NCBI RefSeq assembly: GCF_031769215.1
Contig: NW_026782361.1
Coordinates: 1,178,001-1,242,000, forward strand
From: Ylistrum balloti
Lineage: Eukaryota
Length of the DNA: 64,000 nt
Direction: 5' to 3'
Below the pieces are notes generated by a model that saw only the letters and a list, made by a program, of their open reading frames with translations, had not been told where the DNA came from and searched no databases. Positions within the stretch are counted from its first letter, which is position 1; the number at the start of each line of letters is the position of its first letter. Positions 52,533-64,000 of this stretch are shown here, piece by piece. A program made the position numbers and the translations under genes.

Positions 52533-55500
52533 CTATCCTTTGCATACTCTGAAGCGCCCTAAATGGTTCTCGGACTGACTATAATATAAGATATCTCGAG
52601 AAGATATTTGATATCTATGTTCAAGATATCTAGTGTAATACATATGATACCTTATATAAGCACACAATAAATAACTATGGCATATATTTTGAAGTTGAAG
52701 CATAGACCATGTTATATTTGTGAACTTGGGGTAGAAATATAAACAACATATTAAACTAAGATTATACACCAGTAAACCATTTCCTACATACCGGATATGC
52801 ATTCAATGACAGCAAGTCAGTTAATGTATATGTCACTGTAACTGGTGCTGAAACAAAAAGGTGGGTTACATTGTAATTCATTGTGGAAAAAGCACAATTA
52901 TTCTACTATCGTAATAAAAACGAGCAACTAAGAAATGCACAAAGGAAAAACATTTAGTATAGATGCTGATGTAGAATGTTGCACTGTTGGCGGAGATCGG
53001 ACGCTGATTTAAGAAGGATTTACTGTTGGCGGAGATCGGACGCTGATTTAGGAACGATAAACTTGCTGTTAGTGGAGTTTGGACGATTATTAAGGAAAAG
53101 TATACTTACTGTTGACTGCTTTAGGATGAGGACACTTACTGTTGACTGCTTTAGGATGAGGACACTTACTGTTGACTGCTTTAGGATGAGGACACTTACT
53201 GTTGACTGCTTTAGGATGAGGACACTTACTGTTGACTGAGTTTGAACGCTGCTTTAGGATGAGGACACTTAATGTTGACTGCTTTAGGATGAGGACACTT
53301 ACTGTTGACTGCTTTAGGATGAGGACACTTACTGTTGACTGCTTTAGGATGAGGACACTTACTGTTGACTGCTTTAGGATGAGGACACTTACTGTTGACT
53401 GCTTTAGGATGAGGACACTTACTGTTGACTGAGTTTGAACGCTGCGTTAGGATGAGGACACTTACTGTTGACTGCTTTAGGATGAGGACACTTACTGTTG
53501 ACTGCTTTAGGATGAGGACACTTACTGTTGACTGAGTTTGAACGCTGTTTTAGGATGAGGAGATAATGATTTAGGATGAGTACACTTACTGTTGACTGAG
53601 TTTGAACGCTGTTTTAGGATGAGGAGATAATGATTTAGGATGAGAACACTTACTGTTGACTGCTTTAGGATGAGGACACTTACTGTTGAACGCTGCTTTA
53701 GGATGAGGAGATAACTGCTTTAGGATGAGGACACTTACTGTTGACTGAGTTTGAACGCTGCTTTAGGATGAGGACACTTACTGTTGACTGCTTTAGGATG
53801 AGGACACTTACTGTTGACTGAGTTTGAACGCTGCTTTAGGATGAGGACACTTACTGTTGACTGCTTTAGGATGAGGACACTTACTGTTGACTGCTTTAGG
53901 ATGAGGACACTTACTGTTGACTGAGTTTGAACGCTGCTTTAGGATGAGGACACTTACTGTTGACTGCTTTAGGATGAGTACACTTACTGTTGACCGAGTT
54001 TGGACGCTGCTTTAGGATGAGGAGATAATGATTTAGGATGAGTACACTTACTGTTGACTGCTTTAGGATGAGGACACTTACTGTTGACTGAGTTTGAACG
54101 CTGTTTTAGGATGAGGAGATAATGATTTAGGATGAGAACACTTACTGTTGACTGCTTTAGGATGAGGACACTTACTGTTGACTGAGTTTGAACGCTGTTT
54201 TAGGATGAGGAGATAATGATTTAGGATGAGTACACTTACTGTTGACTGAGTTTGAACGCTGCTTTAGGATGAGGAGATAATGCTTTAGGATGAGGACACT
54301 TACTGTTGACTGCTTTAGGATGAGGACACTTACTGTTGACCTTTAGGATGAGGAGATAATGATTTAGGATGAGGACACTTACTGTTGACTGAGTTTGAAC
54401 GCTGCTTTAGGATGAGGAGATAATGATTTAGGATGAGTACACTTACTGTTGACCGAGTTTGAACGCTGCTTTAGGATGAGGAGATAATGATTTAGGATGA
54501 GGACACTTACTGTTGACTGAGTTTGAACGCTGCTTTAGGATGAGGAGATAATGATTTAGGATGAGGACACTTACTGTTGACTGCTTTAGGATGAGGACAC
54601 TTACTGTTGACTGAGTTTGAACGCTGCTTTAGGATGAGGACACTTAATGTTGACTGAGTTTGAACGCTGCTTTAGGATGAGGAGATAATGATTTAGGATG
54701 AGGACACTTACTGTTGACTGAGTTTGAACGCTGCTTTAGGATGAGGAGATAATGATTTAGGATGAGGACACTTACTGTTGACTGCTTTAGGATGAGGACA
54801 CTTACTGTTGACTGAGTTTGAACGCTGCTTTAGGATGAGGAGATAATGATTTAGGATGAGTACACTTACTGTTGACCGAGTTTGAACGCTGCTTTAGGAT
54901 GAGGAGATAATGATTTAGGATGAGTACACTTACTGTTGACCGAGTTTGAACGCTGCTTTAGGATGAGGAGATAATGATTTAGGATGAGGACACTTACTGT
55001 TGACTGCTTTAGGATGAGTACACTTACTGTTGACCGAGTTTGGACGCTGCTTTAGGACGAGTATACTTACTGCGGACCTAGTTTGGACGCTGCTTTAGGA
55101 CGAGTATACTTACTGCGGACCTAGTTTGGGCGCTGCTTTAGGATGAGTATACTTACTGCGGACCTAGTTTGGGCGCTGCTTTAGGATGAGTACACTTACT
55201 GTGGACCTAGTTTGGACGCTGACTAAGTAGAATTAATTTACTAATGGTGGAGATTAGACGCTGAATTGGGACGGATACATTGATTGTTGGATGGAGTTAC
55301 GAAGCAGATTTGAGAAACATTAATTTACTATTGATGGAATTTGGATGCTGGTTGAAGAAGGTTTAATTTACTGTGGCGGAGATTGAACGCTGCTTTAAGA
55401 AGGATATACTTAATGTTGGCGGAATTCAGACGCTGATTTAGGAAGGATGCACTTACTGTTTTTGAGAACTGGACAATCAGTAAAGTGTGGCAGATACATT

Positions 55501-57961
55501 TGCACTGAGTTGAGCATTTCACAGGTGAAATCCAAGCGGTCCTGAAAAATTGGCTGATCCTCAACCTTAATTGTTACTAGTATAGTTCCTTCATCTATGT
55601 CAAAAGCTGCGACCCCAAAGAAAAGGAAAACATATTATGATCTAGATATAAAAGATTGTGGTATAGACTATTAAGAATATCTGACGTATGCGTTTTACAG
55701 TTTACCTTATAACGATTTTATGAGCGTAAGAGTAACGCCCCTTTTTGTGAATGATAAACAATATGAACAAAAGAAAGATTTACACGGCGACTCAAGAGAA
55801 AGTGCAATCAAAATAAGACCAGATGTTCTGGAAGAGTAAGCATTTTCTATTTCATCGACGACAAGCGCCATATAAACATATGTAAATACAAGTAAGAAAT
55901 GTCACGTTCTCCAATGAAAACAAGGTATACAACAACGGAACCAAAAGGCAAACTAAGTTGGAAGAAATCAGTTTAATTTTGTGACAAAAAATAGATAGTT
56001 TATTTACATAACCCGTTCATAAATAGTCGTTTGGTCAGAAAAAACACGGACATATACAAGATATTTACGAATTATAGACCAACACTTAAAGGTAATATCT
56101 TAATTGCGAAGACCATCATAAAATAAAATGTGAATCCACTTTATCAACACGACACATTTTATCTCAAAATCTGGGCTTCAATATAAAGATGTGTGGAAAG
56201 GGAATACTTACGCATATTGAATGAAGTTCCGAGTCGGATTTCTCTCCTGGGGTCTAGTGGACCACCCGGGCTCCAGTAGATGTGTGGACACACATGAGAG
56301 AATTCATACTCAATATCCTCTTGCTCTGGATAGTACAAAAGACACACAAGTAACAAACACATACTAACGTAATTTTACACAATACTTCTGTTCCGTCCTT
56401 CAACGACAATAGGGACTTACGGGGCGCCGTTGTAGTATGTATCGACGAAATGTGACACCATTAATTCAAATTATCTGTGAATAATAAATATCTTATTCAA
56501 TTATTACTGGGATCACTGAATGTCCAGAACTATTAACAGCAGTATTTCGAATTACTGATACCACTAATTAAAATTAAAGAAATCGCTCAGTGTCAAGACA
56601 GATATCATTAATTCAAATAATCGTCATCAGTAATAAGGAGTGTTCAATGATATCAATAATTTGAATTAGCGATATAAAGACTAAATCATTTAATTATTTA
56701 TTGATTTGAATAAATGATATCACTAAACGAATAAGTGATATCAATGATTCGGTTTAATGATATCAATAAATAATTGATATTAAATTTTGAGGATAAATAC
56801 TAAAATGGCGCCATATAATGACTAAATTGATGTACTTAACATATGTGAAAGGACAAACAAAATAGACACATCTGTCAATCATTGCATGTAAAATCTCCAC
56901 TCGGAGGAGGAAAGGGAAGTTCGTTTGTCAATACCGTTAGAATCACTAGCATACCTTCGGTATTCTAAAAGTTCTCAGAAGATACGGAACATTTTCTTCG
57001 TGCTGGTAGTATGAATCGAATAGATGTTCTATCATAATCAGGTAAAAATATGTGCTGTTTCGGTGACATACGCTGTCACCGTCAAACTAAACATTAAACG
57101 ATACAATGATTAAGTCACATGAGTTCATGTGTATCATAATCTTACACACACTAAAGTAGAAAGTAGGGATGGTGTACTTAATATCATACTACGGACGAAA
57201 AGTCTTGTAGGATAAATAGTGTGACGATATAGTGATGGTGTACCTGGCATCATACTACAGCCGAAAAGTCTTGTAGGGTAAATGGTGTGACGATATAGTG
57301 ATGGTGTACCTGACATCATACTACAGCCGAAAAGTCTTGTAGGGTAAATAGTGTGACGATATAGTGATGGTGTACCTGACATCATAATACAGCCGAAAAG
57401 TCTTGTAGGGTAAATGGTGTGACGATATAGTGATGGTGTACCTGACATCATACTACAGCCGAAAAGTCTTGTAGGGTAAATAGTGTGACGATATAGTGAT
57501 GGTGTACCTGACATCATAATACAGCCGAAAAGTCTTGTAGGGTAAATGGTGTGACGATATAGTGATGGTGTACCTGACATCATAATACAGCCGAAAAGTC
57601 TTGTAGGGTAAATGGTGTGACGATATAGTGGTGGTGTACCTGACATCATACTACAGCGAAAAGTCTTGTAGGGTAAATAGTGTGACGATATAGTGATGGT
57701 GTACCTGACATCATACTACAGACAGTAACTAGGGCTTGATGTTTACACCTTTGTCAATGATACAGATCACTTCTATTGATACGGCAATGTTCACTTTGAT
57801 ACAAAAACTGCATTAGACTTACCACACGGCTCTAGCGTCCCACTATCTGCCTCGTCATGTGCCCGACCCTCGGGCAATTTTTTTAAGAGGTCCTCTGGGA
57901 GGCAGTAGACAACAGTTATGACCACAGCCAGGCATACAAGTTTGTATATAGTAACCATCAT
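52533..57961 (-). CDS. Secreted ML-domain (MD-2-related lipid recognition; NPC2/MD-2-like) protein, 6 exons, 192 aa
   Basis: Exons (minus): 57961-57823, 56325-56212, 55606-55457, 52847-52792, 52724-52651, 52578-52533; all GT-AG, phases 1,1,1,0,2, 579 nt open. Signal peptide MMVTIYKLVCLAVVITVVYC (in-frame upstream ATG at 57997). Mature part: EPCEQEDIEYEFSHVCPHIYWSPGGPLDPRREIRLGTSFNMPFDIDEGTILVTIKVEDQPIFQDRLDFTCEMLNSVQMYLPHFTDCPVLKNTPVTVTYTLTDLLSLNAYPFTNITWSMLQLQNICHSYLLCAYISQSENHLGRFRVCKG. It shows an ML-like cysteine layout (N-terminal C, xC...CP pair, LxC near the C-terminus) and alternating hydrophobic strands. Family assignment is by eye; no HMM was run. Confidence 0.8.
52983..55460. repeat. 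Complex ~2.5-kb minisatellite (ancestral ~43-bp unit; 30-bp and modular derivatives) filling ML-gene intron 3
   Basis: The core combines modules GCTTTAGGATGAGGACACTTACTGTTGACT (30 bp), GAGTTTGAACGCT and GAGATAATGATTTAGGAT. Diverged 39-44-bp units lie at both edges; the first unit overlaps the exon-3 donor. Confidence 0.97.
56418..56815. mobile_element. ~400-bp MITE-like element with 29-bp imperfect TIRs, ML-gene intron 1
   Basis: Left GGCGCCGTTGTAGTATGTATCGACGAAAT versus the reverse complement of the right end, GGCGCCATTTTAGTATTTATCCTCAAAAT (23/29). AT-rich interior with repeated TGATATCA. Confidence 0.7.
57160..57722. repeat. 66-bp minisatellite, ~8.5 copies, ML-gene intron 1
   Basis: Unit TACCTGACATCATACTACAGCCGAAAAGTCTTGTAGGGTAAATAGTGTGACGATATAGTGATGGTG. 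Confidence 0.97.
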
Positions 57962-60449
57962 TCTGCATGTACTGGTGGCTTGCCTCGCTTTGAACATTTG
58001 TCATGTACGATTTGTCGACGTTTGAAAACCTTTAGAATATAAAAACTGTTGCTACAAAAATTAGTTATCTGACGGTGACTGTGGGGTACACTAATATATG
58101 TATCCGATGTCTCTTCTTACCCAAAGTCAAATTCCAGTAATTAAGATTCCTTACCAGAGACAACATTAATATGACAACTGCCATCTTACATGAACTTACT
58201 GTCAACAGATTCTCATTTACAATTGTTAATCTGTAACGAAAATTAAAGAAAGTAAGGAATTCTGACATCTTCCCAACAGAAAAACCTTTACTGGAGCACA
58301 AACAGGGGTGTATAACTTACAGGAGGTTACATCTCTCCATGTATAACAGAACTGCCAATGCAGGAAAGGGCAGCATTTCAAAGTTAAACGATACAATCGG
58401 TCATGGACTCAAAACAAGCAATTAGAGAAAAAGACAAGAAGAAGAAATGAAAAATGTTAACCATTGGTCCTGGCAAAAGCTGTACAGATTTATTTAACAC
58501 TGACCAACACCCGAAAAAAAACCGTAGCATTTATATACCGGGCAATTAAAGGTATTGGCCAACCTTCTTAGAGAATAAGTACTTACTGAAAAACGGACGG
58601 TAATATTACCAATATTCATGAATACCGTACTCCGTATATGAATACAGATATTCACGGATCACAAAGTTTCACGGAATTCGTGGTCCCTATCTACAGCAAC
58701 AGATATACATTTTCACAAATGTGACTTATTAAACACCAACGTTTGCGCAGCTGTATAAAGAGGTGTTTTGAAAGCACATCTTAGGGAGAAAAAGTGGTTA
58801 AAGTTTTAAGATAATGAAAACATTTTTTTTCAGAAATATTTCCTTCCCATACACTACAATACCAGAACTTCCATGACTTGCCGAATTTCAACACACTTTA
58901 TGTTATAGGAACACGACTCTTGAAATAAGGAAATTTGGGAAATCTTATAAAACAATTAAAGGCTTCGTATCATAAATAATCCCACCATTCGAAGCATCAC
59001 GGCGAAGTGTATAGCTCGGTGGCTTTGAAAAAACACTAAATAAACCTGTTATTGTGGGCACTATCTGGATCAGTATTAGTATTTCTGCTACTCAGAAAAA
59101 AACTTACTGGTTTAGCTATTCATTTGTTTGATATAAAAGAGTATATAATATTGTTAAGAGCACTTACTTTCAGAGTATGATTCTAAGAGTTGTTCATTTG
59201 TTTACTATGTTAAATGTCTTACTTTATATAAATATATGCTGATAGCTGGTAAGGTCGGCATTTAGGAGTTATCTCCCTTCGTCTCTTAGAGAAAAAATAT
59301 TTATACATTCGAGTGGAGATAATTTGTTTTAATAACATGTGAATCAAAATCTTTGTTACTAAGTTTGTTCCTAATTGTCACATTGTCGATCTTGTTTGTT
59401 ATCTATTACAAAGTGAGTCCAGTGTGAAGGCCTTACCTCTATTCTTATTTTATTGTTATCACATTCTGTAATTTTCAGAGCAAAAATACACGAAACATAA
59501 CCAAGATTCAGTCTAGTATCGTTTATTCAAAATATGAGCAAAGTTGCTAGAAATAATGGTGTTGGGTATGGTCTTTGTAGTGTAGACCAGTAGTCTCATA
59601 CCATGTTTATCAAATAAAAGAGAATCGACAAAAAATGTGTAACAAAAGAGGGTTTATATATATTGTTACAAAATGTAATTTCGATATTAGTGTATATCAG
59701 ATACATAAGTCAGTAATCTTTGACTGTCTGGTTGTAGGATTATTTTGGTCAATATGTACCATCTGGCAGACTGAGTGTAATTATGAAAGTACAGTGGACA
59801 GCACTGACATCTAATTCTCCCGGTTAACAAGTATTTGGCAGTTTAATGGCAGTCTAATAAACTAAAGTCCATCCTGATAAGAAACTCAACCAATGGGACA
59901 TTAGATCGTGGCATTTCCATGACGAGATCTTATAGAATAGGGATAAAAGGAGGGGAGTTTTTGGGGTGGGGGACAGAGCCCTATGAACAGACAGAGATAG
60001 AGAACTCACTAGCCCAATGGACACCATGATGAACTGTACGAGGAGTGGGTGTTTTAGTGTATACCTTAGAAGAACTGTTTTTAAACAGGGACAGTTCTGA
60101 TACGAGACACAACGTGAAGTACTAGTATGAGTATATGAACTCTGTTCGTTGATGAGATGTTGCTTTTGTACATGTAACATTATTATTATTCAACATGTAA
60201 TAAACATCACTATTGCCAACAAGTACGTGAGTTTACGCCTACTGTATTATATTGGTGACCGTGACCAAGGATTTCTTCTTAACATAATAACACTTCACAT
60301 TACTCTTCATTAAACAATTAAATTAATTTTAAAGATTGAAGAAACAAATTTATCTGGAAATTTCTGATACATGTGTTCATGTATGTAAGGTGTTTAGCGA
60401 ATCAATTGATATAAGCAGGGACGTATAATGCGTCCCTGATATAGGTGAT

Positions 60450-61085
60450 AACACTTACTGTTTACTGATGAAGATCGATCATTCCTGAAAGCGCCTTAAC
60501 GTGATCATAAAGCCAAAGTAACATGGCGGACTGAATGCCTCCAAACCAGGAAGAACATTGGTATTTGTATTTCAAGTTCCCTTGTAAAATTTAAAAAGCT
60601 TTGCGTGTTGTTATAAAAAGGCTCAAGATGGATCGAAAAGAAAAGAAAAAGTATGTTCTGCTTTTCTAATCTATTATCCCAGTCAAACTTAACAAAACTG
60701 ATGATAGTCTTTCAGTTTTTCTGTCAGTTTATTTTCAGACCAATTTACAAAATAAAAATAGTTTTGTCCTCGTCAAGCAGACTATGCTGTGATGCATTCA
60801 TGCAGTAAGGTAGGTGATTACTAACACAAGGAATCTTAAGCCACTTCCTCATTCTGTGAATCAAACTTTTTATTACTTCAGTACTGAATATATTGAAACG
60901 TTTATCATTCTTTCATAATGAAGCATTTTCTGAGTATTAAAATTGTTAATGTCATGGACGTATAATACATATGTATTATACGTCCCTGGTAATGTTTAGG
61001 CTCCAAAACGAAAGTAGATTGTAACCGGAAGTATCCCCAACAAAACCATATCCGGTTGTTATTGGCGGGTCGTTTAACAGAAAAG
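60450..61085. promoter_or_regulatory. GINS3 promoter region, possibly with an upstream non-coding exon
   Basis: YY1-like AACATGGCGG at ~60520-60529; plus-strand donor TG|GTATTT at 60560/60561; acceptor TTTAACAG at 61080; ETS motif ACCGGAAGT at ~61024-61032. A minus-strand donor ACA|GTAAGT at 60459/60458 points the other way. Confidence 0.5.
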
Positions 61086-63223
61086 ATGTCTGAAGGCATT
61101 GAGAATTATTTCAGTATTGACGACATTCTCTCTAGCCAGGAGCGTTTGCCATGCACCGTGGAAATGACCATCTATCGACTGGGTGAGGATCAGTAGAGTA
61201 TGACAGAATTGTCTTGTTTAACTTGTTTAACGGCAGACTTCTTCATGCCCAACTTGATCAGTTGATGTCCCCGGTTTTCCCGTTTCTTTTTTTCCTCCAG
61301 AACTCGCACAACATGACAAACCGTTGCGTGGATTTTTAATGTAACATTTCAGACTTAAATCGCATCGAACCTGACTATTATTTATGACAACCAATTACTT
61401 TGCCAATGCTTAACAGAAAGCGAAATAAAAGCATTATTGCAGGCCTAGCTAAGTTCTTGCGTATCACCCAGATTTAACCTGGGGTTCCTCGGTCTTATCC
61501 TTATTGTTACACCAGATGTAAACCATTTTGACGGATATTTTAACCTTTCATCAATAACTGAAATTATAAAAGACAAAAATCACATTTCTAGGACTTGTAA
61601 CCAACTAAAACTACAACAACTGCATTCATGCTTTTTGGATCAGTATTTGTTTAAGAATGAGAGGCTTGAATTCTGTATATCTGAATGCCTATGTAATAAT
61701 GATAAAAATAATTCTGTATTTGCAGAGGTTAACATAAGTACAAGTATACTAATATTCCACACTGCCCTCCTAAATATTTAATCATAAACAAATACTAACA
61801 ATCAATTGGGTACATTATCAACCGAATTGATATACGCATGTAATTTAAAATAAAGAATTACCCCTAAATCAAGTAAATCAAAGTCAGCAACAATAAATAT
61901 AATAATGAAATAATTAAAAGATTTAAGATCAGGGTTTGCTCTCAGTATTTTCTTAATAGGTCCTTCGGTAAAATTTAAATGGAGTTCCTTACCTGGTGTC
62001 CTTTTAATCTTTTATTCTTCAATTGTCTTTTGGGATGGTTTGAAAGCAAACTCAGATTTATGTGAACAAATTTAATTTTTTCATATTTTCTTTAATTAGG
62101 GTACATGGATTCAAGTTCTGAAAGTGAAGATCTACTACCAGGTACAAAGATTGAGATGCCATTTTGGATGGCACGAGCATTGTGTAGTCGCAAACGCCAC
62201 ATTGTAAGTGTCGAGATCCCCAAACAGTACAAGGAAAGTTATCGTGAGATCTTGACAGCAGATGCTACTGTTGTGGACCTTCACAAACTAGGCCCATTTT
62301 ACTATAACTATGGATGTCAGCTTCTTCGGTTTGAACTACCCGACAGTGGAGACATTTCAAAGTGTCTGCTCAAGGTTGGTGTACTTTTTCACACTCTTTT
62401 GCAGTGTTTTAGCTAACTAGCAGACAACATTGAACAATTCAACGCCATGCTTTCATTTTCAATGCCCAACTTTGTGTTTCTTACTATCGTTCTACATGTC
62501 CTGATTTTTCTTTTTAACCATTCTCATTTTTTTGTTGACTAGTAAAAATTTGCTGGTGGTCGTCAAATTTAATTTTAATACAGTGGCAAACAGCTATTAG
62601 TGGTTTAGGTAAGATTTCAAGTCCCACAGCACAGGAGAGCAAGGTGAACACATATCCAAAATATAAAGTTCCAGTGACCAGTAGTGTAGGAGAAAGAGCC
62701 CAGACAAAATTTTTCTTTGATGTTGGTAAAAATGTATGTTAGAGTGATCAACTTCTGATATATGACACACAAGCTTACCTGGGATAAACCATTCCTCAAG
62801 TATGAAATTTCAATAATGAGTGGTGTAGGAGAGCTCAGACAAGATAACTGAAGGACGGACAGAAAGACAAAAACATAAGGACAGATAGACACAATGCAGA
62901 ACTATAGTTCCCCCAGTCCCTTCAGGGGGACTGATAAGGACACCTGTTTATAATGTCAGACTGTGCATGATATTTTTGTTTATTTTCAGACTTTTCAGAC
63001 CCGTTTACGAAAAATAATGGATTCTTCACAGAATGCTTTGAATGAAGACACCACAAGACTTACAGAGAAGTTAGACGAGTCTGAGAGACTGCTGTTTAAG
63101 GCAGGACAGCAAGGCCTTAATGACTTTTTTAAGTGGGAAACAAGACAGATAGAGAAACTGACCACATCAGAAATGGTCAGACATCACCGCAAACGGAAAC
63201 GTGCTGCATTAGACGATGCCTGA
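61086..63223 (+). CDS. GINS3: DNA replication complex GINS subunit PSF3, 3 exons, 201 aa
   Basis: Exons 61086-61182, 62100-62374, 62990-63223 (606 nt). Motifs ENYFSIDDILSSQERLPC, LLPGTKIEMPFWMARAL, REILTADATVVDLHKLGPFYYNYG, TFQTRLRKIMDSSQN, KLDESERLLFKAGQQGLNDF..WE, basic C-terminal RHHRKRKR. Confidence 0.96.
62850..62937 (+). mobile_element. 3' end remnant of a HINE-like element, GINS3 intron 2
   Basis: GGACGGACAGA microsatellite remnant followed by ACTATAGTTCCCCC...GGGGGACTGATAA terminal hairpin. Confidence 0.45.
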
Positions 63224-64000
63224 TTAATGTTATAGATGTCTGTTAAATCTCTCCATTCTATCAGAAAGGAAGTCTCAGCTCTTTTAAAATTAATATTAAA
63301 GAAAGTCATTGTAACTGTAAATACTGTTATTCTGCAGATTGTGATTACTTAAGTGCGAAAGTTACAGTAGCTGTAAATTCTGACTTTCTTTCTCAGGAAA
63401 ATTGACAATTTTCATCCTCTTTATCACAAGAATTAATGGTAATTGTGAATGTTGTTGACATCATTTTCAAGGAGTGTGACAAATACTGTAAATCATCTGT
63501 ATTTCTACTGTATTTTAAAACCTGTGGGTATTGCCTTTATTTATTTGTATGAGTACTGTTTAACAATGAATATACGTCTGTGTAGGACTTAGTTTCCTTT
63601 TTGCTTTGTTACACTAGTAGCTATGAAATATACAACTTATTTTGTTTTTGCCACAAAGGTTACAACTTAAAACAAACAGACATGTTTTATTTGCTGTCTT
63701 CATTGTGTATTTCAAATGATAAATGAACTGAGTTGCTCTTGTGACAAACTTAACGAAATTCAAATATTTGTAATAATGTCATATTTTGATTTAATAATTA
63801 TTATATGTATTATTTATCTTTATCAATTTAAATTCTGTAAATCTGGAGCAAATTTGAGTACTTTTATTTAAAGATTGGCATCAAACATTTAAGAATTCTC
63901 CCCCTTACAGAATCTGAAAAGGATGTATTTACAAGTTCAGATCAAAGTTAATCTGGTCAAATTCATGGACAAATGAAATAGGCTAAATTTGGTAGTTTCA

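Noticed and set aside
52976-55250. Repeat arrays as CRISPR loci, and the ORFs (CFRMRTLTVD)n at 52976-53432 as proteins
   Set aside because: There are no unique spacers and no cas genes, the context is a eukaryotic intron, and the ORFs are translation artefacts of a stop-free 30-bp unit.
57134-57649. 171-aa ORF with a 22-aa repeat
   Set aside because: Translation of the 66-bp minisatellite inside ML-gene intron 1.
60026-60100. C/D box snoRNA (ATGATGA...CTGA, with AGGGACAGT complementary to a 28S ACUGUCCCU tract recalled from memory)
   Set aside because: Only 9 nt of complementarity, no terminal stem, no clear C'/D' boxes, the guide is sequestered in a local hairpin, and there is no plus-strand host intron. 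snoscan would settle it.

Overview
AT-rich, intron-rich animal genomic DNA, most likely from a bivalve mollusc (an inference from repeat style and protein similarity). I reconstructed six spliced protein-coding genes by hand, with frame-consistent exon phases. They form three head-to-head pairs: a NERD1/FG-GAP-like gene (-, runs off the left edge) with NELFCD (+); TAF4 (-) with LSM14 (+), whose start codons are only 198 bp apart; and a secreted ML-domain (MD-2/NPC2-like) gene (-) with GINS3 (+). The ML gene is visible only as fragments in the ORF track. Introns carry many minisatellites and non-autonomous transposons. The most unusual signals: (i) tandem duplications repeatedly seeded on exon-intron junctions, including a ~2.5 kb array with roughly 47 perfect copies of the ML gene's own splice donor and four tandem copies of a NELFCD acceptor; (ii) an internally duplicated LSM14 exon; (iii) a near-perfect hairpin MITE inserted in a minisatellite. 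No rRNA, intact tRNA, CRISPR array or autonomous transposon ORF was found. Exon coordinates were read by eye and lack transcript support.
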